This document shows, piece after piece, positions 13,510-24,990 of a DNA stretch of 64,000 nucleotides. Below the pieces are notes generated by a model. It saw only the letters and a program-made list of their open reading frames with translations, was not told the DNA's origin and made no database searches. Every line of letters begins with the position of its first letter. Position 1 is the stretch's first letter. The stretch is from Podarcis gaigeae. Its lineage: Eukaryota. A program made the translations under genes and the position numbers. The stretch lies in NCBI GenBank assembly GCA_964106915.2, contig OZ066919.1; one strand, written 5' to 3'.

Positions 13510-13592
13510 CTGAAGTCGGGAATTTTCTCTGCTAAGCCAAAGTCACCAACTATAGCAGAATATCCATTCTCATCAAGCTTTATCAAACAGTT
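13510..13592 (-). CDS. TESK2: TESK2 exon 6 (DFG motif)
   Basis: ttcag|NCLIKLDENGYSAIVGDFGLAEKIPDF(AG)|gtaagt; 83 nt. Confidence 0.96.
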
Positions 13593-13689
13593 CTGAATGA
13601 AAAGAAGAGGGGAATTAGTGTGGTCCACATTTGAATCCCACCATTAAAAACTTAAAACTAGGAAGCAATGCAAGTAAGAGTGTGTGTTA

Positions 13690-14170
13690 TATGGTATCCC
13701 ACCCTTTATCAGAAGTGATCTCGAGACAGCTCACAAAATTAAATATACAAAAGTAAATATACAATCAACTAACAAACCATTAATCGTAGTAACTAATCCA
13801 TCTGTCAAGTATCACAAGGAACACCTCTCATTGTAATGCAGGCACATGCACCACAAATTTAAGAGGCCTGGCAGAAGAGGGAAGTCATTAGCTGGTGCAT
13901 AAATATAGACAAGTATGCACCAGGTGAAGTTCTGAGGGGAGCGAATGTACTACAAATAGGGTGCTCTTGCCAAGACCCTCTGGTGAGTCATCTTGTGACT
14001 TTAGTCAGCAATGGCACTGCCAGAGGAGCCTCCAACCACAAAGCCTAGCCAGAACAATATGGGGTGTTTCTTCAGATAATCAGGCCCCTATTATGCCATT
14101 TAGGGGTTTGTGTGTCAGAAATAAAACTCTGAAATTGGCCTGGTGGCCAATAGGCAGCCAAGTGTATGTA
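13690..14170 (-). mobile_element. Degenerate L2-like fragment
   Basis: Minus strand ggctgcctattggccaccaggccaatttcagagtttta (WLPIGHQANFRVL-like), then a tail toward 13.7 kb. Confidence 0.45.
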
Positions 14171-16224
14171 TTTGAGGACTAGCTATACAGTCCTAGCCAA
14201 ATATACCTACTAAAACTCTGGCTTCTGCAATTTCCAGATATGACTGATCTGAAGATCAGCCAAAGCTACTGCTCATTTTTTTAGCAATATGTTCTGGTTT
14301 ATTATACAGTTTGACTGGGGAAAAGAATGTCCACCCCAATTCTAAATATGCAACAGTTACCACTCTTAAACATGCTTATTAGGGAGCAATCCCCCTTGAA
14401 CACAGTAGGAATTCTCAACAAGTATACAACCGCACCATAAGGCTGGAAATTCTATTCACATTTGGGAGCAAATCATACTGAACCCAGCAAGATTTCTGAG
14501 CAAACACATATAGGAATGAGTTCCAAGCAGAACAAGGAACAAATATGATACATTGGGCTCTTGTGCTGTTTGATATCTTTAAGTGAAATCACTGCTAGAT
14601 TCAGTTCATGGATTATTACTACTATGAATTATAATTTCTAGGTTTACACTGCATTTAGGCTGTAGTTTAAGCACAGTGTTAATTTCTTTCTTTTTCCCTT
14701 CCCCCCCCCCCTTTTACTGATTTTAAGATCTCAGGTAAAACATTTATTTGATATTTCCATTCAGAACATTTTTGGGATTTTGCTTTTTAAAATAGATCAC
14801 TACATACATTTAATCTATTTTAAAATTAAAAAATAACTTGCTTGCAATTTCTGCAAGCCACTGTCAAGTCTCACTTAGCCAAAATCTTGTAGGTTAACTA
14901 GGACTGTGAATTGTAGTCTTTACTGGATTTGGAGAGCAATGGCCACATCATTACAATGAGACTTAACTGTCAAAGACAAGGAGCAGATGGGGGAAATTAA
15001 GCATTCTGGTTTGTGTACTGTTCTCTCTACTGTACTGATGCCTCTGGCACTGGCCACTGTTAGCATTTCATTATAAAATGAAAGTATAGTAAAGTTCTGT
15101 TCTGTTTTAGTTTTGTCCAGTTTAATTTCTTGCACAACTGCATTGCCCACTGTGCGTAACACACACATCCATGTTAACAGCAGGCAACAGTGACTTTATG
15201 GACTTCTCTTGAGTTGTAACCTGCAAAACCAGCAAATAAATTCAGGTACTTGCCAGCTCATATAAAGAGCAGATAGGAAAGAGGAGGGGGAGGAAGGGAG
15301 AGGTCTCAGATCTTCATTGTACTTCTCTCATGGACACACAGAGATTCCTGTTTGATTCCTAGGTCCCAATTAATTTTTATTTTATTTTAACCTGGATCAG
15401 TTATAGCACACACAGCTCACTTGAGTTTTAAAAAATTGCACAAGGTCAACTGAATCAGGCCAACCCAACACACACTAAAGCTTCTCAATTATGGCCTTTG
15501 TTATCTCTCGTCAAAGAATGCATTCATTCAGCTTGCTTGTGGTAAACTATTTGTTCACTGCAAAATGCAGCTAAATCCTAGAGGGATAACATTAATCATA
15601 CAGCAATGTTAAAACCACGATGAAAATTCAGCAGTTGGTGTAGAAGTAACCATATGTTGGGCAGCAGCCATTTGATAATGCTAGGGTTCTTTTTTGGTGC
15701 TTCATATGGCAAGTAATTTTTCTACCTACTTAAGAAGCTTTTAGTATAATACAATGAAATCAAGCTTTCTCTTACAGTTTATGAACTTTCAAACTATATG
15801 CCCTGAATACAGAGTTGTATTTCTCAAAAAAAATTATGCTGCTGATCAGTGAGTGGTTGCTATTCCATTTGCTTTCCTGCATTAGCCTTCAATATTTTTT
15901 TCCAGTAAGAATAACTGCTTTGAATTTGTTTGAACATAACTTCATGTCAAACTCTGCTTGAGATACCCTTTTCAATCATTATGGCACCCACCCACAATTT
16001 GTCTCCTAAACTCATTCCTATTCATTATCTCGCTCAAAACTTCCCTTTTCCTGTACTCTCTGAAATTGCTGCCCCTTCACCCCAGTAACTATACCTTACT
16101 GTAACTAAGTCAAAGTGTGTGTAATTGAAACCATCATGTTCTTCTCTGCCTCCATTTCCCTCCCACTTCCTCTGTTTTTCCTGTGTTTATTTTAGAATGC
16201 TATTTGTAAAGCATCGTGTTTTAC

Positions 16225-16456
16225 CTGAACGAATGGGTTCAAATTACAAGAAAGGAGATTCCAACTAATCATTAGGAAGAACTTTCTGACAGTAAGAGCT
16301 GTTCAACAGTGGAAAGGGACTACATTGGAAGGGAAAGGGACTCTCTTTCATTGGAAGTGTTTAAATCTACCTGTCAGCTATTTTTTAGCTGCAATTCCTG
16401 CATTTGCAGGACTAGGTGATCCTTTGGGTCTCTTTCATCTCTACAAATCTATGATC
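16225..16456 (+). mobile_element. CR1 LINE 3' end
   Basis: aatgggttcaaattacaagaaaggagattccaactaatcattaggaagaactttctgacagtaagagctgtt (NGFKLQERRFQLIIRKNFLTVRAV), then tail ...ctctacaaatctatgat. Confidence 0.85.
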
Positions 16457-17184
16457 TCTGTGTACATGGGTAGATTTTTATAGATTTTTTTTAAGCCCAA
16501 TTTTAAGCCATATTAATTGTGCTTTATTTAGTTTCTTCTCTAATCAAATTTCAGTTCAAATACTAATATATATTGAGACCCGAATTAACATGGGCAATCT
16601 GCTAAATCAGATAACACTACAAGGACATCAGAAAATTATTCCAGAAAACCCACATCACTGATTAGCCAAGCTGTGCTCTACAAGGCAACTGTGAGCATTT
16701 CTTATAGATATGTCCCTGGATTGAGCTTCACAGAAGGTCTCTGGGAAACTTTTTAATTATATTTATTTTGATAAAGAGAAGGCAATCAGACTGGGAACCA
16801 ATGGTGACATTTACTCGGAATACTTACTGTCACTATAACATCCCTGAAAATAAGTATTTAGAATGAATTTAATCTGAACGATCAGGAGTGTTCTCGGTTA
16901 GTAAGAAGTGACAGTCTAGCAATAGGTTTTGGATGGAATTGTATTCTCCTTGAGGGGAAAAAAAATCAGGTTTGCTACCATACTGTTTTAAGGCAAAATT
17001 CAAAGTCATTGTCTTTAAAACCCTATTTGTTTCAGTCCAGGATATTTAAAGGACTGCCATCTGCCCTACTTTAATCTTGCTGAGGTCAATGAGAGAGGCG
17101 CTTTTTGTATGTCCAATCACCCATCGCCATCTGAAACATAGTACCCTCTACCCTGACTGGTCTTGCACAAAGGCTTTTCACAGG

Positions 17185-17258
17185 CTGGAGGTGCCAAGGA
17201 TTGAACATGGAATATTCTGTATGCAAATATTGCACTCTACCACTGAGCTACGGCCCCT
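17185..17258 (-). mobile_element. Squam3-like SINE head fragment
   Basis: GGGGCCGTAGCTCAGTGGTAGAGTGC...TGTTCAATCCTTGGCACCTCCAG on the minus strand. Confidence 0.65.
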
Positions 17259-17843
17259 CGTTATGCAGATTCAAATTCTGTTGAATGTATTGCTACATTG
17301 CATGTATAAAAAAGTCCAATAATACATGATCAAATCTCTCTGTGGAGACTTCCCCAGAAATACAATTCTGGAAGTTTATACAACCTGAGTTATTCAGGTT
17401 GAAATCTTCACTTAAAGAAGCTGAAACTGAGCTCCAAAGAGTTAACAAATGTTTATACATAAACAGATGTGAGTGAACATAAAGCTCCTTTTGTGTGTTG
17501 AGAGAGCTTAACATCTGCTTTGCACAGTGTAATCCTGCTAAGGAAGTTCAACATTTATTTTCTTCTCACATAAGAAAAGATATCCACTAGCAATAGCTTG
17601 TTCAGGCCCAATGCAGTTTCCATTAATTTTCTTTGTGCTGCAGAAAGCAAAGAAGGATTGCTTTATATTCAGGCATGTTACCACAGTTTCCTTCACATTA
17701 GCTAAAACAGCCAAATGGGACAATATAATCCTGCCACTGTCTTAATGGTTACATACAACTTTTACAGTATTGCTAAAGAAATCCATGTCTGCTAAACGAA
17801 GTCATTTAAGAGACGCAATTTATGCTGAAAAGTGTGATATAAA

Positions 17844-17880
<37 letters not shown>
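17844..17880. repeat. (CT)n(AT)n microsatellite
   Basis: Read directly from the sequence. Confidence 0.95.
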
Positions 17881-18434
17881 AATAAGAGAGAGTTCAGACA
17901 ATTATGCACTGTAAAATTTTGTCTCAAACAGATCTATCTAAAAACATTAACAGGTAAAAAATGCATCCTCACAATAACTCATTGTCTCCTGCTTCTCATC
18001 CTTTTTCATTATTCCTTTCTGCCAACTTGAAGGTTTTACAAGCAAATTATCTAAATCCAAATATAAAGTTCACTAGCTTAAATAGCAATTCCATAAATCA
18101 AAGGAAGGTAGGAAAAAGGCTAGCATAAAAAAAATATGCTGAGTAGAATTGTTACCATTTAAGTAACATTGGTATTTCTATTTTAGGATTTTTAATTTTA
18201 GGATTATGGAACTTTTGTACTACTCTGGCTTGTCAAACTTGAAAATCTTGAAAACTTTTTAAGAAGTATAATGGCAACATGGAAATCTACTCTTCATTCT
18301 CCACAGTGTTCTCAATATATTTTGCATTTAGACCAGAGTGCAGGGAAGAACCTTTGGTCGTTAGTCTAATAAGGATCCCAAAATGGTCCACAATGATGTT
18401 TTCCTCAAAAAACCCTGAGCTGTCTATCTCTCCT

Positions 18435-18596
18435 TGTAAGCTTAATGCATGTGCATCTGGTTGGAAAGCATACGAGCAAAAATGCTACTATTTTTCAAAT
18501 GAGGGAAAAAACTGGACCCTCAGCCAGAGCTTCTGTGCTTCACAGATGGCCTCCCAGGCTGTGTTTAAAAGCAAAGAAGAAATGCAAATATTTTAG
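18435..18596 (+). pseudogene. C-type lectin-like domain fragment (CLEC2/CD69/KLR-like), antisense within TESK2 intron 5
   Basis: CASGWKAYEQKCYYFSNEGKNWTLSQSFCASQMASQAVFKSKEEM matches the CPxxW-x5-KCYYFS-x4-NW-xxS-xx-FC-x4-AxL start of long-form CTLDs. A TAG follows, and no intact WIGL motif or later cysteines are seen. Confidence 0.8.
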
Positions 18597-18875
18597 CTGT
18601 TCTACACAAGTCCTTTGTGATACTGATAAAGATGTTCAACCATTAGGGGCTTTGCTGGGCTTAAATATAAAACCTCTTGGGATCCTACCTACAAAACACA
18701 AACAAGTCAGATAGATATTGGCAAAGGAGGTTTGCAGTGCAATCCTAACCACGCCTACCAGAAGAAAATCCAATTGAATTAAATGGGGCTTTCTGCCAGG
18801 AAATAGAACTGCTAGTACATTTGCAAAGCTAAGCAGGTCTGCTTTGGTTTCAAAGTGGATGGGGGATTGCAAGGT

Positions 18876-18951
18876 GAGATTCCTGCCTCTCAGAGGGTTG
18901 GAAGAGATTGCCCGCGGGGTCCCTTCCAACTCTACAATTCTATGATTCTAT
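18876..18951 (+). mobile_element. CR1 extreme 3' end
   Basis: ggtcccttccaactctacaattctatgattctat, the CR1 terminal octamer repeat. Confidence 0.8.
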
Positions 18952-20800
18952 ACCCCATACCTGTGATGTCAAGTGTGCAGCAGGTAGAGACACAGCAGCC
19001 AACAAATGATTTGGAGTGTGTTCCCAGTTGTTCCTTGGCAAGTGAGGATTGGTGCTGCTGAAAGAACCAATTACTTTGTATTCCCAGCTTGAATTCAAGC
19101 TGGTGATTCAAATGATTTTAATCTACTGGCATGGCTCAAGCCATGGCGACAAAGGAAAATAATTACTCTGCGTCCTCTGATGTCATGTTGAAGTCAGGTA
19201 ATTTGGTAATTTGAGTGGACAGCTCCACCCAGCTGTCAAATTGGTCTGCAGGGGATGGGGGAGCTGCCAAAATGGCCCACCAGCTGCTAAAGCTTCCCTG
19301 CCCCTGATTTAAAGGGTTCAAAAAGGTTGCACATATGAATACATTATACTGTTGTAATTCTAACTATCTATAAAGGTAGATATCATCATAGTACAAATGG
19401 GGAGAGGGGTCAACATTGAGAGGGTGTGGCTTTTTTAAGGCTACCTAGTGAGTTCAGGGCTGATTCAAACGGGATAATTCATCGTTTGTATCTCAATCAC
19501 TTAAATAGTAAGATAGAGTGAAACCACAGGGAACACTAACAGGAATTATGATTTGCTCACCAATATTGTAACACCAAACAATTTTACACTATTAAGTGGT
19601 ATCAATGCAGCCTAAGTGCTGTTGTACTAAAGCTTCTCATCTTAGTGCTTCAGGCATAACCTAATTACTTTCAAGGTTCACACAACTCTTCAACCATAAG
19701 TATACCACCTGTTAATATGTGCCCTCCATTTGAATTAGTTTCAAAAAGACCACAGTTCAGTTACAAAAATCAGTATACTGAAGTCTGGAAATACTCATAT
19801 AAACAGAATATGTGGCATTTGGGATGCTTTGCTTCCCAAGAACAGAGACAGTAACTCTTTATTCCATTCTGTCCCATCTTCCCAGAGTTGGCAGACTATT
19901 AAAGTGCATCCCAGCTGGTCATTTGCAGTTTTTGCATGAGAACCTTCATCGTAACTCAGCATTTTACCTGTGGCACATTTAAAAGACCACTATTTTTTAA
20001 TCATTAGCTGTTTATAATAGTGTAGTTTATGAATTAGTGCCAAAACAACAGATAATCGTCAAGGTGATAAATTTCTGATTGCTTTCCTCACCAGTTTGCA
20101 ATTACAATGGGACATTTTTAAGGAAAGAAATGATTTTCATATTACTAGCTACAATGTTAAATAGTCGTAATGACAAGGCATCTTGAAAAGCAAAGTTTAT
20201 GCAATTATTTGTAGCCATGTTTTATCCATCAATTGAACAGTTGCTGGAGTAAAACTACTACCAGCTTAGTGTTGCTCTGTAGCAGTTTAGGTCACCTGTA
20301 GAACAATGTTGAATGTATCTGAAGTTATGGGGAACATTTAAATATACAGCAATAAACCTTTACGAAAGTAGAGTGGGACACAGAGACAAGTCTGTATGCC
20401 TGCATCTTTTTGTAGTTTTATATTATAAAATGTGTAGCAGCTGGATCTCTAGGCTTTGGGAACTAGAAGTTTGAATAACTTGCTGCGAACAAATTAAAGA
20501 AGTTGTGCAACCACCTTCCCAGGAACATAATCCTAACTCATTTATTTGTGACCTCTACTTCAGGTTAGTTTCTTCTCAGACATCTACACAACATGAGTTG
20601 TTCTGGGAAAGTTTAATCCACTAAACTATGTTTTCAGTGTTTTCTCGCAATCTTTTAAAGTGACATTTTACATAACAGTTTTACAGTTTGAGGCACTTAG
20701 TGGGGCTGGAGAAAAGTAAAACTACGCAATATTGTTTGTAGTCCGCTAAGTAATACACATCTATTGCCAAATGGTTTCATTTGATAGGGACGCATGGTAC

Positions 20801-20947
20801 CTTGGATGTCAGATCCCGATGGAAAATGCCTTTATAGTGAAGGTAAGTGAGTCCCAGAGCAATGTCCAGTGCCAGCTTCACCCTTACTGTCCAAGGCAGG
20901 TGTTGATTACCATCCAACAGCTGTTCTAGGTTACCACAGTTGATATA
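20801..20947 (-). CDS. TESK2: TESK2 exon 5 (catalytic loop HRDLTSK)
   Basis: tttcag|[49 protein letters not shown]|gtacca; 147 nt. Confidence 0.96.
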
Positions 20948-21590
20948 CTGAAAATATAAAAAAAAAATTAAAAAGAGAAGAAAAAAACCACAGTTAAACT
21001 ATCTATACTTCAAAGTACAGACAGGTGAGGAATTTCTTCTTGGATTTAGTGGGGCAAATGTAAGTTCCTCCAACTGTACTAATGATATACTAACTCAAAC
21101 CAAACAATCATAAAAGTAAATAATCTATTAACTTTAAGATTGGTAGGTGAATGCATCCCCAATAACTCCTGGACATCCTCCTTGTTGGCATCCATCTATC
21201 TCGAGAGACAATGGAGTGTGCGTCCAGGGGTGAAGACAAACTGCTGTGTTAGCAGTACAGAAGTAACTTTCCAGTGTGTATGGAGGTCCTGAGCTGCCCA
21301 GACGGACAAGACCCCCTCCCTCGGCCTCACTGATGTGGTCCAAAGGAAAGCAGAGCAATATGTTTGGCACAAACTAGGCTGCCTCAGTTGCTGGTAGGAG
21401 GCATACAAGGTGCCATCCAACAGTCTTAGGGACCCCACTTGGGATATGTTTAGAAACCACCTTCTTGACCCGTTTTTCATGAATGCATAGGAAGCTGTCA
21501 AGGCTGAGCCAGACCTTTGGTCCATTTAGCTCAGTATTGTTAACACTGACTGTCAGTGACTCTCCAGGGTTTCAGCCAAGGGACATTCTC

Positions 21591-22047
21591 CCCACCCCCC
21601 ACCCCAATTTTTTTTAATTAGTTTTCCACAATTTTTTTAAACACACAGACAAACAAACAAACAAACAAACAAACAAACAAACAAACATAAATCCTAACCT
21701 TATTAAAACTAATCTTAGTAACATTGTTAAGCGACTTCCTTGTATCCCCTTGGTTGAATTTCAGTGTATATCATTTTAAAGGTTTTCCAAAACCTATATT
21801 CTCATAAAATTAACTTAGTCACTTAACATCTTTCTTTCTTTCCCAATCTAAATTTCAACATATTAATTTATCACATTACATATTTAAGTCCTAAGCCTAT
21901 CTGGTATTTGCAAGCTTTCCCAATTAATTTAACTTAACATATTTAACTAAATAGTCTTTAAATTTCGTCAATTCTTCCTGGTAATCCTCCTCCTTCTGGT
22001 CACGGACTCTTCCAGTCAGGTCGGCTAGCTCCGAAAAATCCATCATC
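21591..22047 (-). mobile_element. 5'-truncated L1-clade LINE 3' end with 19-bp TSD
   Basis: TSD tcagccaagggacattctc at 21572-21590 and 22048-22066. Minus strand encodes MMDFSELADLTGRVRDQKEEDYQEELTKFKDYLVKY (ORF2 C-terminus-like), followed by an AT-rich 3' UTR and short A tail. Confidence 0.8.
21648..21687. repeat. (ACAA)n microsatellite within the L1 3' UTR
   Basis: Read directly from the sequence. Confidence 0.95.
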
Positions 22048-23109
22048 TCAGCCAAGGGACATTCTCAGCCCTACCTAGACAAGCCAAGGATTGAACCTGG
22101 GCCCTTTAGCATGCAACACGAGTGCTCTGCTACTGAGCTATGACCCTTCCCTAAAGCACAGCATACACCAAAAGAGGAGGAAATGACAACTGGAAAGAGG
22201 TAGTGCAGACAAAACAACTGATAACTGAGACATCATCCTAGATTTCAATTAACATGGTTAGTTTTTGCCAGCAGGTGGTGGCATGAAGTAATTCAAGGTT
22301 CTCCTCTCTCCCTGTATTTCTACTATAAAAAGAGTTCTCATGTAGTATATTTCTAACTGCTAAACACCACACACTGTAGCGCAATATTTCTGCAAGTCAG
22401 TCCAGACTTCAGGCTTGTAAAGAAGTACTATCATATAAGTCCCACTTGTTAAACTGCAAGAGCTGAAGAAATTCATGTGCACAAAGAATAAATATACAAC
22501 ATTCATTCTATATTTGCACCCCTCTTTAAATACAATGAGACCAAAAATTTATATCCAAGTGGGATTACTTTAACACAAATCAGTGACCCAGCAACTGTAT
22601 CATCCACTGAGCTACAAATCAAAGAACTGTTAATTTCTAGCTGTCCAGAATACTTGAGGATCTAAAGAGGATCAAAACGAAGTGTTCCTTGGCTAGATGC
22701 CAAACTACTTGGCCCAGATTTTAGGAGCCAGCTCAAGTTTCTCAACGTATTATGCCAGGAGAGTTCAAGGCCACCTCACAAAAAAGTGCAGTTGTTTACC
22801 ACTTGTGGACCAGGACTAGTTTATGTAGCGATTTCCACTACAAGCAAATTAATTGTGCATATTAACGCAGATTGCCCTTTGGAAGCAACAGTTATCTGCC
22901 CCAGGCAAATACAAGTTTCTGATGCAGCAAAAATGAGTCTTCCAGGATCCACTATGCCTGCGTGGTTACTGCCATAATTAAAAGAGAGATGCCCATGAAC
23001 ATACATGTAGGAAATATATTCCAATGGTACGTGATAACATTCTTGCACACACCCTGCTCTATTCTGTTTGTCAAGTCATTATTTAAATCCAGTAATTCAG
23101 CAACTTGCT

Positions 23110-23295
23110 TAGGAACAAAGGAAGCCGCCTTTTATTGAGGGAGACCCATCAGCCCATCTAGAACATTTGCCAGTCAGATACTCTCACGGACAACCTTCTG
23201 TGGGCCACATGATAGTGGTACATAGGGCCAGTGGCAAGAACTGGGTGCAGCAACGGATGTGAATCTTTACCTTCGTTCAACCACACAAACATCAG

Positions 23296-23360
<65 letters not shown>

Positions 23361-23682
23361 TCCATCTACCATTCAAGAAAACAAGAATCATTGTTATAGT
23401 TCAAGGACAGATTCGTGCCAGGCAAGAGCACTTGAGGCGGCTGTGGAGCACTACAGTGTGGGGTGTGACCTTGGGAAAATCTCAATGGCTGACTAGAAAA
23501 GGCTCTGGAGGTTCAGATTTGGCCTCCGGGCCTGAGGTTCCCCACCGTGTTCTACACTGACTGGGAGTAGCACTCCAGGATTTCAGACAGGGACATTCCC
23601 AGTCCTATCCGGAAATGCCAGGGATTGAACTTGGGACCTTCTGCATGCAAAGCAGGTGCTCTGTCACTGAGCTATGGGCTCT
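23110..23682 (-). mobile_element. Squam3-like SINE interrupted (~23170-23550) by a hAT-like fragment carrying a (CT)n(CA)n microsatellite
   Basis: tRNA-like head CATAGCTCAGTGACAGAGCACCTGCTTTGCATGCAGAAGGTCCCAAGTTCAATCCCTGGC at 23616-23675; tail at 23110-23160. The insert ends ggcctgaggttccccacc, a hAT-type terminus. Confidence 0.75.
23299..23359. repeat. (TC)n(AC)n compound microsatellite
   Basis: Read directly from the sequence. Confidence 0.97.
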
Positions 23683-24059
23683 CCTGCTTGCTTCATCCAG
23701 CACTCTATGGAACCATGCAAATGTTTTGGGATGAAAATAGCGGCTTACTTTTTTGATAGTTAAAACAACTGAGCCACAGTATCTACTTTGCAAATCACAG
23801 TTGTTCGCAGATTCCCTGGTGTGAGAATCTGCAGTTTTGGAGCAATACTGATGTCGGGTCTTCTTGCAATGCACCACACACCTCTTTACATGGTACTAAG
23901 CCGCAGGAGATCACCGTCCTGCTACATAATGTCCAATCGTCATTCTCAAAGAGCCTCCTTTGCACATACAGTGCTTCCTTCATATTTTTCTCAGAACATA
24001 CTGTCCTTCACAGTTCAGTATTGTTTTGTCTCCTGCATATCATTGTTTGCAGGACTGAG

Positions 24060-24990
24060 AGGTGTCGTGGCAGATGTGCTGAACCAGTGCCTTGGCCTTG
24101 ATAATGGAATTGGTGAGCAACAACAAACTGAAGCTCAACTCAGACAAGAGATACGCATAGTCAGTAGGTAGTCTTCGCCTGTCCAGATGGGTCAGAATCC
24201 CATTGAAGAAACAGGTGTGCAAACCTGGGGGGTACTCCTGTATCCTCCATTGTCAATGAAGGAACAAGTGGGCTCCATGCCGCCAAGTGCCTTTTAACAG
24301 CTTTGGCTGGTGGTCCAGCAGCCTTCCTATCCGGATACAGATAGCCTGGCTTGAGTGATGTGGTTTTTTGTGTTTTATGTTGAAGTACCTTTGAAGACTA
24401 TTCAGTAACTGCAGCTAGTGCAGAATGTGGTAGTCAGACTGACCAGGACTAGCTGGCCTGAACATATAAATTCAGTTCTGGCTAGCTTGTACTGACTTGT
24501 CAATATTTTTTTTTCTGAGCCCAATTCAAAGTGCTAATCTTGACATATAAAGTCTTGGGTGGCTATGAACGCCAGCACTTCAAGGACTGCTTTTCCTCAC
24601 ATAAAGGTGAAATAAATATCTGAGGTCCTTCTGTGTGCCCCCTCCAACAGATATTCAGAGGGTGTCAACAAGAGAAGCTACCCACAAATAATGGATAGTC
24701 CTTCCCCGAGATGCTTCCTTGGCACTGACTTTGTCACCTTCACAGTTCCAGCCAAAAACATTTTTATTCTCACAAGCATTTGGAAAGAGTTTCAATAGTC
24801 TGAATTTTGGTTATTTATTTTTAGTGTTCATTCCTATGAATGTGGGCTGATTATTTTTATATTGCTGGGTGGTTTTTGTGAATTTACTCTTTTCATATTT
24901 GTTTTGTTCCAATGGCTTTTTATTGTGTATAAACTGCATGGTGTTGTAAATCACTGTGGGACTTTTTCCTGCATGAAGCAATTCATAAAT
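24060..24990 (+). mobile_element. L2-clade LINE 3' fragment (degenerate)
   Basis: Remnants LNQCL..., aaactgaagctcaactcagacaag (KLKLNxDK), ctgcagctagtgcagaatg (LQLVQN), gcccaattcaaagtgctaatcttgacatataaa (AQFKVLILTYK). Confidence 0.75.

Larger units (their letters stand above)
21486..22150 (-). mobile_element. tRNA-derived SINE (Squam3-like), split by an L1 insertion
   Basis: Head (A box TAGCTCAGTAG, B box GGTTCAATCC) at ~22085-22145; tail CAGCTTCCTATG at ~21486. Confidence 0.8.

Noticed and set aside
23158-23560. ORFs with ERERER / SLSLSL / THTHTH runs
   Set aside because: Microsatellite translations.
23607-23682. tRNA gene-like sequence (anticodon-loop-like TTTGCAT, A and B boxes)
   Set aside because: Continues directly into a SINE body and recurs degenerately at 9.9, 17.2, 22.1 and 34.1 kb; a SINE head, not a tRNA.
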